Assembly (NCBI GenBank): GCA_963675495.1
Contig: OY776215.1
Location: forward strand, 1,408,001 to 1,472,000
DNA length: 64,000 bases
Direction of reading: 5' to 3'
Source of the DNA: an uncultured Methanolobus sp.
Lineage (GTDB): Archaea > Halobacteriota > Methanosarcinia > Methanosarcinales > Methanosarcinaceae
How positions within the stretch are numbered: the stretch's first letter is position 1; each line of letters begins with the position of its first letter. Of this stretch, positions 1 to 10,226 are shown one piece after another. The notes beneath the pieces were generated by a model. The model saw only the letters and a list, made by a program, of their open reading frames with translations, did not search any database and had not been told where the DNA came from. A program made the translations under genes and the position numbers.

Positions 1-2
1 TG

Positions 3-68
3 CCTAAGGTTGCCGCAACCTTACAAGAGATACTTGCGGAAGGTTTATCATTCTTGCAAAAATACTGA
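3..68 (+). CDS. possible 3' end of an upstream gene (partial; ...PKVAATLQEILAEGLSFLQKY*)
   Basis: Open frame from the window edge to TGA at 66-68, just upstream of hdrC; product not recognisable. Confidence 0.3.
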   Translation, partial: PKVAATLQEILAEGLSFLQKY

Positions 69-91
69 TTTTAAGATAAGCGAGATTAGAC

Positions 92-619
92 ATGACAGGC
101 GAAAAGGTGATTAAAACAGGAATTTTGGACGAACTGAAAAATGCGTCCATTGATGCATCCAAGTGCATGCAATGCGGTGTCTGCAGTGCCAGCTGCCCCT
201 CCGGAAGACATACATCCCTGAATATAAGAAAACTTGTGAAAATAGCAAGCAAGACAACTGATATCCTCAGCAGTGAAGAACTCTGGATGTGCACCACATG
301 TTACAATTGTCAGGAAAGATGCCCTCGGAATATAGATATTGTAGATATATTACTAGACATCAGAGCTATTTCCGTACATCAGGGATTCATACATCCCGAG
401 CACAGAGTGGTCTGCGAAATGTTGCTCGAATACGGACATGCAGTACCCATTAATGAAAAGAACAGGAAAAAGAGAGTGAATCTCGGACTGGAAGAACTTC
501 CCGAGACCGTGCACAAGTATGAAAATGGACTTGAAGAAGTGAAGACCCTGCTTGCATCCTGTGGTTTTGGAAAACTTATAGAACATACTGAAAGTGGAGC
601 AACGGAAGATAAAACATGA
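92..619 (+). CDS. hdrC: CoB-CoM heterodisulfide reductase subunit C
   Basis: Two CxxCxxCxxxCP 4Fe-4S motifs (CMQCGVCSASCP, LWMCTTCYNCQERCPR); GHAVP motif; ATGA overlap with hdrB. Confidence 0.95.
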   Translation: MTGEKVIKTGILDELKNASIDASKCMQCGVCSASCPSGRHTSLNIRKLVKIASKTTDILSSEELWMCTTCYNCQERCPRNIDIVDILLDIRAISVHQGFIHPEHRVVCEMLLEYGHAVPINEKNRKKRVNLGLEELPETVHKYENGLEEVKTLLASCGFGKLIEHTESGATEDKT

Positions 620-1512
620 AAGGATTATCACTCTTTTTAGGATGTCTTGTACCCAATCGCTACCCAGGAATCGAACTGGCAACAAAACTATGTCTTGCAA
701 AGCTTGACATTGACTGTACAGATCTGCCCGGTGCCTCCTGCTGTCCGGCTCCCGGAGTGTTCCGATCATTTGACAGGACAACATGGCTGACGCTTGCAAG
801 CCGCAATATAGTACTGTCAGAACAAATGGAAAGAGACATGCTTACCATCTGCAACGGATGCTTCAGTACCCTTGCAGACGCAAATCACAGTATAAAAGAA
901 GATGCTTCTGCAATAAAAGAAGTGAACGAACATCTGGAGAAGATCGGAAAGGAAGTAAAAGGCAACATTGACGTCCGGCACATTATAGAATTCCTGTATG
1001 AAGAATACGGACCTGAAAAGATTGCTTCTTATGTTGAAAGACAACTGGACATCAGGGTCGCAGTACATTATGGATGCCACCTCATCAAACCCACAAAGGA
1101 CAGAGGACTGGGTAATTTTGAAAGACCAACATTCTTTGACGAGCTGGTAACTGCACTTGGTGCAACAAGTGTCGAATACCCGGACAAGATGGCATGCTGC
1201 GGAGCTGGAGGAGGAGTGCGTTCCTCAATGAAGGACAGTTCAGTGAAAATGACAGAAGCAAAACTTTCCAGAATAAAAGAAGCAGAAGTGGATTGCATAG
1301 TAAACTCGTGTCCTTTCTGCCATATGCAACTTGATGAAGGACAATCTGATATCAAAGAGCAAATGGAAATAGAGTACGAGATCCCTGTGCTGCACTACAC
1401 GCAACTACTCGGACTTGCGTTGGGATTCCCTGCGGAAATGCTTGGAATTGATACAAATATCGAGAAGAACAAGAAATTTATGGATTTACTGGACGCAGGA
1501 ATGGAACCTTAA
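616..1512 (+). CDS. hdrB: CoB-CoM heterodisulfide reductase subunit B
   Basis: CCG domains: FLGC, SCCPAPG, CNGC, HYGCH, CCGAGGG, CPFCHMQ. Confidence 0.95.
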   Translation: MKGLSLFLGCLVPNRYPGIELATKLCLAKLDIDCTDLPGASCCPAPGVFRSFDRTTWLTLASRNIVLSEQMERDMLTICNGCFSTLADANHSIKEDASAIKEVNEHLEKIGKEVKGNIDVRHIIEFLYEEYGPEKIASYVERQLDIRVAVHYGCHLIKPTKDRGLGNFERPTFFDELVTALGATSVEYPDKMACCGAGGGVRSSMKDSSVKMTEAKLSRIKEAEVDCIVNSCPFCHMQLDEGQSDIKEQMEIEYEIPVLHYTQLLGLALGFPAEMLGIDTNIEKNKKFMDLLDAGMEP

Positions 1513-1608
1513 AAGCATTCTTCACATTTTGTGGAAATATATATACCGGAAATGTATTTCACCAATAACTTTAAGATATTGGATGTTATTACGTGAGTAG
1601 CACAACAT

Positions 1609-1683
1609 GAGCGTGTGGCCTAGTCAGGATATGGCGGCAGCCTCCTAAGCTGCAAGCCGGGGGTTCAAATCCCTTCACGCTCG
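1609..1683 (+). tRNA. tRNA-Arg(CCT)
   Basis: Acceptor GAGCGTG/CACGCTC; anticodon arm GCAGC-CTCCTAA-GCTGC; T-loop TTCAAAT. Confidence 0.95.
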
Positions 1684-1719
1684 TTATTTCTCTTTTTAAC
1701 AATTAACGGAGATTGACAA

Positions 1720-2172
1720 TTGATAATAAGAAAGGCTACTGTCAATGATATACCAGGCATCAAGAGCATCATCGATATTTATGCCAAGCAGGAAATGATG
1801 CTTCCCCGTTCATTGAGTGAACTGTATGAATTCACACGTAGTTTCTGCGTTTGCGAAATAGATAACGAAATAATAGGTTGTTGCGCCCTTCAGGTAAGCT
1901 GGGAAGACATGGCAGAAATAATGTCCTTTGCAGTCAGATCAGAATACAGAGATCAGGGAATTGGTACAAAACTGGTTACTGCCAGCCTTGAAGAAACGAA
2001 AGAACTTGGCATCAACAGTGTATTTACGCTGACCTATGCGGTTCCTTTTTTTGAAAAACAAGGATTTAAGAAGATAGACAAGCAACAGCTTCCACACAAA
2101 ATATGGAGCGGATGTATAAAGTGTCCAAAATTCCCTAATTGTGATGAAATCGCAATGCTTAAAAAAGTCTGA
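1720..2172 (+). CDS. short ArgA-type amino-acid N-acetyltransferase (GNAT)
   Basis: MLPRSLSELYE, AEIMSFAV, QGIGTKLV, FTLTY..FF and C-terminal LPHKIWSGCIKCPKFPNCDE typical of the short ArgA-like family; TTG start. Confidence 0.85.
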   Translation: MIIRKATVNDIPGIKSIIDIYAKQEMMLPRSLSELYEFTRSFCVCEIDNEIIGCCALQVSWEDMAEIMSFAVRSEYRDQGIGTKLVTASLEETKELGINSVFTLTYAVPFFEKQGFKKIDKQQLPHKIWSGCIKCPKFPNCDEIAMLKKV

Positions 2173-2192
2173 GCACCTGCGCAAAATAATAG

Positions 2193-2630
2193 TTACAGGG
2201 GCTTTTCAAAATACACAACCCCATTCTCTTCTTTTGCTACAATAAAACCGTGTCTTAGATAGATAGATATCGCCCTCTCAAGCGAAGAATCTGTTTTCAA
2301 TTTTACAACTGAATAATTCTGTTTTGCAAAATTCATTGCAGCCATGAATAAAGCCAGACCAAGGCCTTTTCCACGGCATTCCTTCTTTACGTAGAACCTT
2401 TTTATTTCACATGTACCAGAACCCATGTCCCTGACAGCAGATGTTCCGACTACCTCACCATTATGCAAGGATATGAAAAAAGCACCGTTTTTTCGGATGT
2501 AATTGCCTTCAATGTCATCCAGATCAATATCTTTTAGTACATCATATTCAAACCCTTCTTCAGAGAGGACACCAAGAACAAATGCTTTTGTTTTTGAAGA
2601 AAGCTCCGGTGAGAATGATATTATAGTCAT
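2193..2630 (-). CDS. GNAT family N-acetyltransferase
   Basis: EIKRFYV..RGKGLG acetyl-CoA motif, AISIYLRHGF; 4-nt overlap with the upstream amidohydrolase. Confidence 0.85.
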   Translation of the reverse strand: MTIISFSPELSSKTKAFVLGVLSEEGFEYDVLKDIDLDDIEGNYIRKNGAFFISLHNGEVVGTSAVRDMGSGTCEIKRFYVKKECRGKGLGLALFMAAMNFAKQNYSVVKLKTDSSLERAISIYLRHGFIVAKEENGVVYFEKPL

Positions 2631-3817
2631 TCCAGATATGCTCCGGAATTTTTCAAGAAATCGAGTGCTATAGAAGATAGCAACTCAACACCGGTGATCA
2701 ATACATCCTCATCTATGTCAAAACTGGCTGAATGATTCCCCTCCATCATTCCTTTTTCCAGATTTCTTGTACCTATGATAGCATACATACCCGGGACTTT
2801 CTGCAGATAGCAGGCAAAATCCTCTGCACCAAATATCGCTTCCGCATGAGTGTTCACATTGTTGAATTTGTTTTTCAACAATTTGGAAGCAGTATCTGTG
2901 AAAACAGGATCATTGAAAAGAACCGGATATCCATGCAGAACATTAAGTTCATAGGAAGGAACTCCTCCAATATCCTCCATTGAATAGGAAGCCATAAGGC
3001 AGTCAAGGATATGAGACATGGTTTGTTCTATGACCTCAGTATCATGGTCATCAAAGGTCCTGAAACTGCCCACAAGTTCAAGCTCATCAGGTGACCTGTT
3101 GAACTGCTCCCCACCACTGATAGTGCCAAAACCAAGCACATATTCAGAAGAAGGCACCTTTTGGGATATATGAGGATTCAATGAGGATACGAATTCTGAA
3201 GCGACCTGTATTGGATCAATACAAAGATCAGGTGTTGAATGGTGACCACCTTTTCCGAATATATTCACAGTGAAACGGTTGGAACTCGCCATGAAAGAAC
3301 CCGCGCGTATGTTAATGTCGCCGACATCAACATCTCCGAATATATGAAGTCCAATAATAGCATCCACACCTTCAAGACCACCTTCTTCTATGACCCTCAC
3401 CGCACCACCAGGAGGGACTTCTTCAGCAGGCTGGAAGACGAACCTGACAATACCGGAAATGTCCTTACTGTTCTCTTTAATGAGCCTGGCAACACCAAGG
3501 ACAATGGCCATATGCCCATCATGACCACACGCATGCATTACCCCAGGATTCTGTGATATATAGTCCCCATTGAACTTCGTCAGGACCTCATGTGCTGCAA
3601 GTGCATCAATGTCTGAACGAATAGCTATGCAAGGACCTGGAGCCCTGCCCCTTACTTCCGCAAGCACACCTGTGTCAGCGATCTTCCTGCAATCGATCCC
3701 AAGTCCTTCCAGAATTGACATTATCCTGGCCTGTGTTTCATATTCATGAAAACTGAGTTCCGGATTTCTGTGGAACTCCCGGCGGATATGCCGCACCCAT
3801 TCTTCAAAGGATTCCAA
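2627..3817 (-). CDS. M20 family amidohydrolase (hippuricase/N-acyl-amino acid amidohydrolase-like)
   Basis: RREFHRNPELS, RSDIDAL, MHACGHDGH, FQPAEE, GKGGH, AEDFA, NHSASFDIDE. Confidence 0.92.
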   Translation of the reverse strand: MESFEEWVRHIRREFHRNPELSFHEYETQARIMSILEGLGIDCRKIADTGVLAEVRGRAPGPCIAIRSDIDALAAHEVLTKFNGDYISQNPGVMHACGHDGHMAIVLGVARLIKENSKDISGIVRFVFQPAEEVPPGGAVRVIEEGGLEGVDAIIGLHIFGDVDVGDINIRAGSFMASSNRFTVNIFGKGGHHSTPDLCIDPIQVASEFVSSLNPHISQKVPSSEYVLGFGTISGGEQFNRSPDELELVGSFRTFDDHDTEVIEQTMSHILDCLMASYSMEDIGGVPSYELNVLHGYPVLFNDPVFTDTASKLLKNKFNNVNTHAEAIFGAEDFACYLQKVPGMYAIIGTRNLEKGMMEGNHSASFDIDEDVLITGVELLSSIALDFLKNSGAYLE

Positions 3818-3955
3818 ATTATTTCACCTTGCAGAAACTATTAAAACAAATATTTGATACCTGAATTATGTCAGCACTATTTTTATGTTAAAAGGCATTT
3901 TACCTGTACAAATAACTGCCGGAAAACTACCGGAAAATTACCAGGAAGACTAAAG

Positions 3956-4897
3956 ATGATAAAAACAAGACTCAGGGATTTCCTTGTTACAAAAGATGAT
4001 TGGATATTTGCAGTTTCTGATTATTTTCACCCACATGGAGTCAGGTCAACAATGAGATACGTGCCTGATGAGAACGGTGAGCGCGAGCTCAACGGTAAAC
4101 GCTACAAAAAGTATGATTTCGACGTAGCTTTTGATTTCATGCGTCAGAACCGTCCTGAATGGGTAGAGGATGTTCATGTAGTACCTGAAGAACAGATCAA
4201 AAAGGTGCTACCCCCAAACAGCGTCATCGAAAAACTGTATGATTCTGACAAAAGAGTTGCCGTGGTTGTGGACACCCTTGAAGAAGCAGGCATTAGCAGA
4301 GATATGATGGGAGTTACCGGTTCACTTTTGCCAGGACTTCAGAATGAAGGCTCAGATATAGATTTTGTAGTATACGGTGCACAGTGGTTCATTGCAAGGG
4401 ACGCAATAGCAAAAGCGAAGTCAGAAAGTGGGCCTATTGAAGATATTGACGAGACAATGTGGAAGAAGATATACAACAAACGCATCCCTGAGATATCATT
4501 TGAGGAATTCATCGCCCATGAGAAAAGAAAGGGCAACCGTGGAATGGTTGACGGTACATATTTCGACCTTCTTTTTGTCCGTGACTGGGAACAGATAAAA
4601 GAGCCGACACAAAGAGGAGAAGATATCGGTACCATGAAAATAGAAGCAAAGGTCACAAATGCAGACCTTGCCTTTGACAGCCCCTCAGTCTACAAGGTAG
4701 AGCATGATGAGGTAGACCATGTGCTTTCGTATACGCACACCTATGCAGGACAGGCTCTTGAAGGAGAGATCATTGAAGCACAGGGTGTTGTAGAGCAGGT
4801 CGGCGACATTAAAAGACTGGTTGTAGGAACTTCCAGAGAACCAAAAGGTGAATGGATACGCTCACTCACATTACTTAAAAAAGAAGGTCTTATTTAA
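3956..4897 (+). CDS. archaeal nucleotidyltransferase-domain protein (COG1665-like)
   Basis: Pol-beta-fold GVTGS...SDIDFVVYG motif; start moved to ATG 3956 (MIKTRLRDF). Confidence 0.75.
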   Translation: MIKTRLRDFLVTKDDWIFAVSDYFHPHGVRSTMRYVPDENGERELNGKRYKKYDFDVAFDFMRQNRPEWVEDVHVVPEEQIKKVLPPNSVIEKLYDSDKRVAVVVDTLEEAGISRDMMGVTGSLLPGLQNEGSDIDFVVYGAQWFIARDAIAKAKSESGPIEDIDETMWKKIYNKRIPEISFEEFIAHEKRKGNRGMVDGTYFDLLFVRDWEQIKEPTQRGEDIGTMKIEAKVTNADLAFDSPSVYKVEHDEVDHVLSYTHTYAGQALEGEIIEAQGVVEQVGDIKRLVVGTSREPKGEWIRSLTLLKKEGLI

Positions 4898-4925
4898 CAT
4901 TTTTTAAAAATAGACATCTGGCGGA

Positions 4926-5243
4926 TTAACCTCCGCCAGTCACCTGTTCAATGTCAGCAGTAACGTCATCTACACTAGAATAATTGTCCAGATAAGATTT
5001 AGCATCTTTAACAGAAACACGTTCTATTTTTTCTTTTATAATCTCGCTTGCATCTGCAAGAACAAGTGTTTCCGGCTTATAGTAAAGACCTGTTGTATCC
5101 ATCAATACCCAGATACCGTCCTCATCTTCCTTAATATCCAGAACCCTGCCTACAGTACCAGTGTTTATGTACCTTACCACAGAGTCAATTACAATTGGAT
5201 TTCCATCAATGTCCAAAACTTCGATATTTTCAGATTCAGTCAT
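4926..5243 (-). CDS. DUF2098-like methanogen protein
   Basis: VRYINTGTVGRV..I...W..MD.TGLYY pattern; acidic tail ending GGG. Confidence 0.7.
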   Translation of the reverse strand: MTESENIEVLDIDGNPIVIDSVVRYINTGTVGRVLDIKEDEDGIWVLMDTTGLYYKPETLVLADASEIIKEKIERVSVKDAKSYLDNYSSVDDVTADIEQVTGGG

Positions 5244-5300
5244 AACGCAACTCCTGTAATTTACTTAGTGTATATGTATTGACACGGGTAGTTTAAAAAT

Positions 5301-6257
5301 TTAAGCATCCTGAGCTATCTCAAGACGCAGGTCACCAATCTTTGCAACCCTTTCGGCAAAAGCATTGTGTCTGTGTATGCTTTCTTCATTGATCTGCTTG
5401 ATAGTTACAATTGCCTCATTAGGCAAATGTTCAAAGGCCTTGACAACATTCTTTGCCATAGTCCTTACGCAGTCTTCCACAAATTTAGGATTATTATGAG
5501 CTGTCTGCACAACCATTGCTTCGTCAGAGCGCTTCAGAAGTTCGAATACGCTGGAGCTCATAGAACCTTCGATGATCTCAATGATATTTTCAAGCGACAC
5601 ATAAACATCGCCTTCTACTTCTATAGAGATTATACCACGACCACGCTGGTTGTGAGTGGCCATTGGAACCCTGTGGAGGAATTCTGCGATATGCTGCCCA
5701 TCCACACCAATATTCTCCAGTTCCTTCCTGGCATTATCTCTCATGATCTCCTGAGCACATGGGCATGCGGTCATTCCAACAACCTCTGCACCAATGAGCT
5801 TCTTGACTGCCATCTGAGTGACATCATCACGCATGGCAAGTGCTTCAGCAAATATCTCTACAACTTCCTGGCATTCCATTTTGGTAGCAGGAGACTCTCT
5901 CTTAACCACGTACTCACTCTTCAGAAGAACTTCAGCACGAGTAGCATATTCATGTCGGGTCAGGAGACTTTGGGCAACATCACTGCACAGCTGCTCGATC
6001 TCATAAACAGGCATGTTGACTGCTTTTTCGAGTACTTCGTCAACTGCCTCGAAATTACGAGAAAGGTTGGCACCCTTCAAGTGAGAAGGAAGATCTACGA
6101 AGATATCAAAAGTACATATCAGGATAATAGGACGCTTGTCGCTTCTCTTGATCTGAACTAGTTTTTTAACATTAGTAACACCGACACGAGTCAGGTTAAT
6201 AGGTATCTGCGGCTTATCAGCCTGTATATCTGGGAGTTTTACAACCGGGAGTTCCAT
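5301..6257 (-). CDS. mptA: GTP cyclohydrolase IV (methanopterin biosynthesis)
   Basis: [49 protein letters not shown]; start at ATG 6257 after GAGGT SD. Confidence 0.93.
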   Translation of the reverse strand: MELPVVKLPDIQADKPQIPINLTRVGVTNVKKLVQIKRSDKRPIILICTFDIFVDLPSHLKGANLSRNFEAVDEVLEKAVNMPVYEIEQLCSDVAQSLLTRHEYATRAEVLLKSEYVVKRESPATKMECQEVVEIFAEALAMRDDVTQMAVKKLIGAEVVGMTACPCAQEIMRDNARKELENIGVDGQHIAEFLHRVPMATHNQRGRGIISIEVEGDVYVSLENIIEIIEGSMSSSVFELLKRSDEAMVVQTAHNNPKFVEDCVRTMAKNVVKAFEHLPNEAIVTIKQINEESIHRHNAFAERVAKIGDLRLEIAQDA

Positions 6258-6683
6258 TATTATGACCTCTGAAATCAAAAGATGGCAAACCACCTTATAA
6301 TGATGGATAGTAATTATATCATGCTCAAGGGACTCATTACATGTAAAGGTTGTGTTAAGAGCACACGACTAAAAGAAAACAAATTGGATACAGAAGAAAA
6401 TACAAAGTACAAAACAAGCAACTGCGACCGTACCAACATGAGATACATAGCTAATTACAAAATCAAGTACACTTGACATGTTGCGGCATGCTGCTCTCTA
6501 ATGAACGGTAACCGGGCATAAATATTATAAAAATAAGGCCATATTGACAGATAATAAATGTTCAAAATTGTGGCCAATGTGCTAAAACAAGAACAAAAGA
6601 CAACATTAAAAGAAAAATATATATACTGCATATACCAAATACGGTTAGCAGTGGTAATCGCATAATGATTACGAGGTGACATC

Positions 6684-6974
6684 ATGTCTGAAACAAGAAA
6701 TTTTGTGTTAAGAGACAAGAAAGGAAATGAACATGGGGTATTCACCGGAAAACAGCCAAGACAGGCTGCTTTGAAGGTTGCAAACAGAGGAAAAGGAAGC
6801 AAAAAGAAGCCAGAAGACATCAGGCTTCGTGAGCGCGGAACAAAGAAAGTCCACGTGTTCAAAGGCTGGAAAGAAATGGTCGACGCACCAAAGAACAAGC
6901 CAGACTGGATGCCTGACAAGATCAACAAGCCATTTGTTAAGAAGGTCGGTATTGAAAAGCTTGAGAAAGTCTGA
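6684..6974 (+). CDS. non-histone chromosomal protein MC1
   Basis: RNFVLRD..GNEHGVFTGKQPRQAALK...IRLRERGTKKVHVF..W...KP.WMP; GAGGTGA SD. Confidence 0.95.
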   Translation: MSETRNFVLRDKKGNEHGVFTGKQPRQAALKVANRGKGSKKKPEDIRLRERGTKKVHVFKGWKEMVDAPKNKPDWMPDKINKPFVKKVGIEKLEKV

Positions 6975-6984
6975 ATTCCATAAG

Positions 6985-7011
6985 GGACCCATTTCATGGG
7001 TCTTTTTGTTT
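6985..7011 (+). terminator. hairpin plus T-tract downstream of MC1
   Basis: GACCCA-TTTCA-TGGGTC followed by TTTTTGTTTT. Confidence 0.6.
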
Positions 7012-7146
7012 TAAAAAGCTTTTTTTACATATCTGCTCCCTGTGGCAGAAGTAACTTTTAAACCATTTGATCATATTAGTAATAAGCTCCGGAGTTATAG
7101 CTATGCAGATGCCGGACTTATAAAAAATCATAGCAGGTATAATATA

Positions 7147-8040
7147 ATGACACTTAATCGAGAGAATGTACTGATCGAAGCATTGCCATACATTAGGGAC
7201 TTCCATGATTCGGTAATGGTTATCAAAGTTGGTGGCCATGCAATGGTCAATCCAGAGGTAATGAGTGATATCATACAGGATGTCGTCCTTCTGAGATTTG
7301 TAGGGATACATCCCATCATAGTCCACGGCGGTGGCCCGGAAATCTCTGAAAAGATGAAACGCATGGGCAAAGAATCCCAGTTTGTAGGTGGCCTGCGAGT
7401 CACAGATGACGAAACACTAGAGATTGCGCGCATGGTCCTTGTGGGCAACATCAACACAGAGATCGTAGCACTCATCGGAAAACACGGTGCCAAGGGGATC
7501 GGACTTTCCGGAAAAGACGGAAAGATGATCATAGCAAAGAAAAAACCATTCCAGAAGGTCATGATCGAGAACGTTGAACATGAAGTAGACCTCGGATGGG
7601 TAGGAGATACGGAAATAATCAACCCGGAACTGCTTAACATCCTTATCCGTGAAGACTATATACCCGTCATATCACCAATTGCCATGGACATCAGCGGCAA
7701 AGCACTTAACATAAATGCAGATACAGTCGCCGGTGACATTGCAGCTGCCATGAAGGCTAAGAAGCTCATTCTGATGACCGATGTGCCAGGATTACTGAAA
7801 GATCTTAATGACAGAAGCTCACGCATATCAAGGGTTGCCATTGATGAAATCGATGACATGATCGACAGTGGGCTGATCTCAGGCGGGATGATACCAAAGA
7901 TGAGAAGTGCCGCAGGTTCAGTAACAAGCGGAGTTGAAAAAATCCATATAATAGATGGAAGCATTTCCCATTCAGTACTGCTTGAACTATTCACAGACAC
8001 CGGAATAGGTACAATGGTCTACAAAAAGGAAGATGAGTGA
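7147..8040 (+). CDS. argB: acetylglutamate kinase
   Basis: LIEALPYI, VIKVGGHAM, VHGGGP, GLRVTD, NINAD, GGMIPK, ELFTDTGIGT; start at ATG 7147. Confidence 0.95.
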   Translation: MTLNRENVLIEALPYIRDFHDSVMVIKVGGHAMVNPEVMSDIIQDVVLLRFVGIHPIIVHGGGPEISEKMKRMGKESQFVGGLRVTDDETLEIARMVLVGNINTEIVALIGKHGAKGIGLSGKDGKMIIAKKKPFQKVMIENVEHEVDLGWVGDTEIINPELLNILIREDYIPVISPIAMDISGKALNINADTVAGDIAAAMKAKKLILMTDVPGLLKDLNDRSSRISRVAIDEIDDMIDSGLISGGMIPKMRSAAGSVTSGVEKIHIIDGSISHSVLLELFTDTGIGTMVYKKEDE

Positions 8041-8059
8041 GAACTCATCTTAATTAATT

Positions 8060-9100
8060 TCAATCTGTTATCGGACTGCCAAATGTGTGGTCGTCGAGTT
8101 CTAAGACCTGCTCCCATAGATCTTTACAGTCACATGAGAGATGCTCAAAGCATGAAAGATCCTGCGTGAGTGAGAAAAGCCTGATTGCATCTGCAACGGC
8201 ATGACTGCATTCCCTGCAGTTGCGCGGACCTCTTTTTGAACCTGCACCCACTGGGTCGGATGTGATAATCATATCCGGGAACTCTTCCTTTGTTCTTTTC
8301 AATATCTCGACAATACTCCATAACCAGGGAGGACGATACTGCTTCCTTTCCCAGAGATATTCCACATATGTGCCACGCTGGACATTACAGAGATTGATGG
8401 AAAACGTATCAGAATACTGTGCAGCATCACGTACGGTCTTTACAATATCCTCCAATGCATCTTTCTCCGACAAGAATAGCGGCTTAAGCATTAGATAGGA
8501 TTTAACTGTTGCACCATTTGCTCTTGCCACAGTGGCAGCATCGGTGAAGTTCTTGAAAGTAAAACCTTTGTTAATGGATTGTTTGCGAATGGTATCTGAA
8601 CTTGTCTCAAGACCCGTTGCAACTTCAAAATCCGTGTTTTTGAGAATACTTACACAATCTTTCACACTTTCCTCAGTTATAAACTCAGGACGTGTTTCAG
8701 CCAGCACTTTTACGATCCTTTCATCTGCATCAAGCTCGGCAAGCATCTTGTGCCGTACCTCAAGAGGTATCTCTTTTGTATCAAGGAAACTGCCCGAAGT
8801 GAATATCTTGACCATGAACTTATCAAAGTCTGAAGCTTTCCTCATTGCCCGGGAAAGCTGAGCCATCAAGTCATCATCAGAGGGAACGGTCTGTGCACTG
8901 TCATAGACATAGCCGCACATGGTGCATCCTCCTGCCTTGCCCCACCAGCACCCTGATGTCTTGAAAATTATAGTGATGGTGTCTATCTGCCCGGTGCTAA
9001 GAACATCCTTCCCGGTCCATGCTGCAGCAGGCTCATTGGAAGGAGAGGGTTTTATCCTCTGACGGTTACGAATATCAAGGACTGCTTTATTAAGTGACAT
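8060..9100 (-). CDS. archaeosine biosynthesis radical SAM protein (RaSEA family)
   Basis: CxxxxxxCxxC (GCWWGKAGGCTMCGY), KIFTSGSFLD, ETRPE, GLET, YRPPWLWS, GSKRGPRNC. Confidence 0.85.
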   Translation of the reverse strand: MSLNKAVLDIRNRQRIKPSPSNEPAAAWTGKDVLSTGQIDTITIIFKTSGCWWGKAGGCTMCGYVYDSAQTVPSDDDLMAQLSRAMRKASDFDKFMVKIFTSGSFLDTKEIPLEVRHKMLAELDADERIVKVLAETRPEFITEESVKDCVSILKNTDFEVATGLETSSDTIRKQSINKGFTFKNFTDAATVARANGATVKSYLMLKPLFLSEKDALEDIVKTVRDAAQYSDTFSINLCNVQRGTYVEYLWERKQYRPPWLWSIVEILKRTKEEFPDMIITSDPVGAGSKRGPRNCRECSHAVADAIRLFSLTQDLSCFEHLSCDCKDLWEQVLELDDHTFGSPITD

Positions 9101-9129
9101 TTGCCTGAACTCTTATATAAATCAATTAT

Positions 9130-10044
9130 TCACTCGAATTCTATTGTAGCAGGTGGTTTTGGAGTAATATCATACAGGACCCTGGCAACAGATGGTATCT
9201 GTGCAGTAATCCTTGATTCGATCTTCCTGAGAACTTCCCATGGAAGCTCCATTGCTTCTGCGGTCATGCCATCCCTTGAACCTACTGCCCTTATAGCAAC
9301 GATCCAGCCGTGAACTCTCACGTCACCCTTGACACCTGTACCCTTGCCAACAATCGCGGCAAAGGTTTGCCATGGATGGAACTGCTCTACAAGTTCTTCC
9401 TCAACAATTGCGTTGGCTTCTCTTACAGCCTCTACAAGTTCCTCTGTGACCTTGCCAACGATCCTTACTGAAAGACCAGGGCCCGGGAAAGGCATCCTTT
9501 CGGAAATCTCATCAGGAAGTTCCAGTGCACGGGCAACCTCGCGGACCTCATCCTTGTACAGATCATCTATTGGTTCTACAATTGCCTTAAAATCCATAAC
9601 AGAAGGAAGACCGCCTACGTTATGGTGTGATTTTATTCCACCTTCTGATTCGATCCTGTCAGGGTAGATGGTTCCCTGTATAAGATATTCAGCCTTCAGT
9701 AATTTTGCTTCATCTTCAAAAACACGTATGAAAGCCTCACCGACTGCCTTACGTTTTTCTTCAGGGTCCTCGATACCGGCAAGTGCCGAAAGGAAACGGT
9801 CTTTTGCATCCACTACCTCAAGGTTCATGTCAGAAAAAATTTCCTTGATCCTCTCAGTCTCGCCTTTTCGCATCAGGCCTGTATCTATGTATATAGGTGT
9901 CAGCTTATCGCCAATTGCACGGTGTGCAAGGATAGCACAAACGGAACTGTCCACACCGCCTGAAAGTGCTATGATGGCAGGACCATCGATCTGCTGCTGA
10001 ATCTTTTCTATTGCCTTAGGAATGAATTTGTCTACTTTTACCAT
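9130..10044 (-). CDS. guaAB: GMP synthase subunit B (ATP pyrophosphatase)
   Basis: [46 protein letters not shown]. Confidence 0.95.
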   Translation of the reverse strand: MVKVDKFIPKAIEKIQQQIDGPAIIALSGGVDSSVCAILAHRAIGDKLTPIYIDTGLMRKGETERIKEIFSDMNLEVVDAKDRFLSALAGIEDPEEKRKAVGEAFIRVFEDEAKLLKAEYLIQGTIYPDRIESEGGIKSHHNVGGLPSVMDFKAIVEPIDDLYKDEVREVARALELPDEISERMPFPGPGLSVRIVGKVTEELVEAVREANAIVEEELVEQFHPWQTFAAIVGKGTGVKGDVRVHGWIVAIRAVGSRDGMTAEAMELPWEVLRKIESRITAQIPSVARVLYDITPKPPATIEFE

Positions 10045-10226
10045 GAATGAGAACTCCAAAAATGGGATTTACCCTGAAATAGTATTTCGTACATATTAAT
10101 GCTCTCCCGAACATAAGAGACTTACCAGAGAGAAAAAACAAAAATCCACCAAACACTTTCACCCTGCTTAGCAGACAATTAAATACACCGGTTACGTATA
10201 TGCAGGAAAACAAGTATGGTCTAAAA

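Noticed and set aside
3854-3955. N-terminal extensions in the ORF track (3854, 7042, 14584, 51305 and others)
   Set aside because: Downstream ATGs match family N-termini, several with SD motifs; the extensions run through promoter DNA
5367-6161. Long antisense ORFs (e.g. 5367-6161, 37665-38468, 10983-11630, 52076-52696)
   Set aside because: Shadows of well-supported genes on the opposite strand, with no motifs
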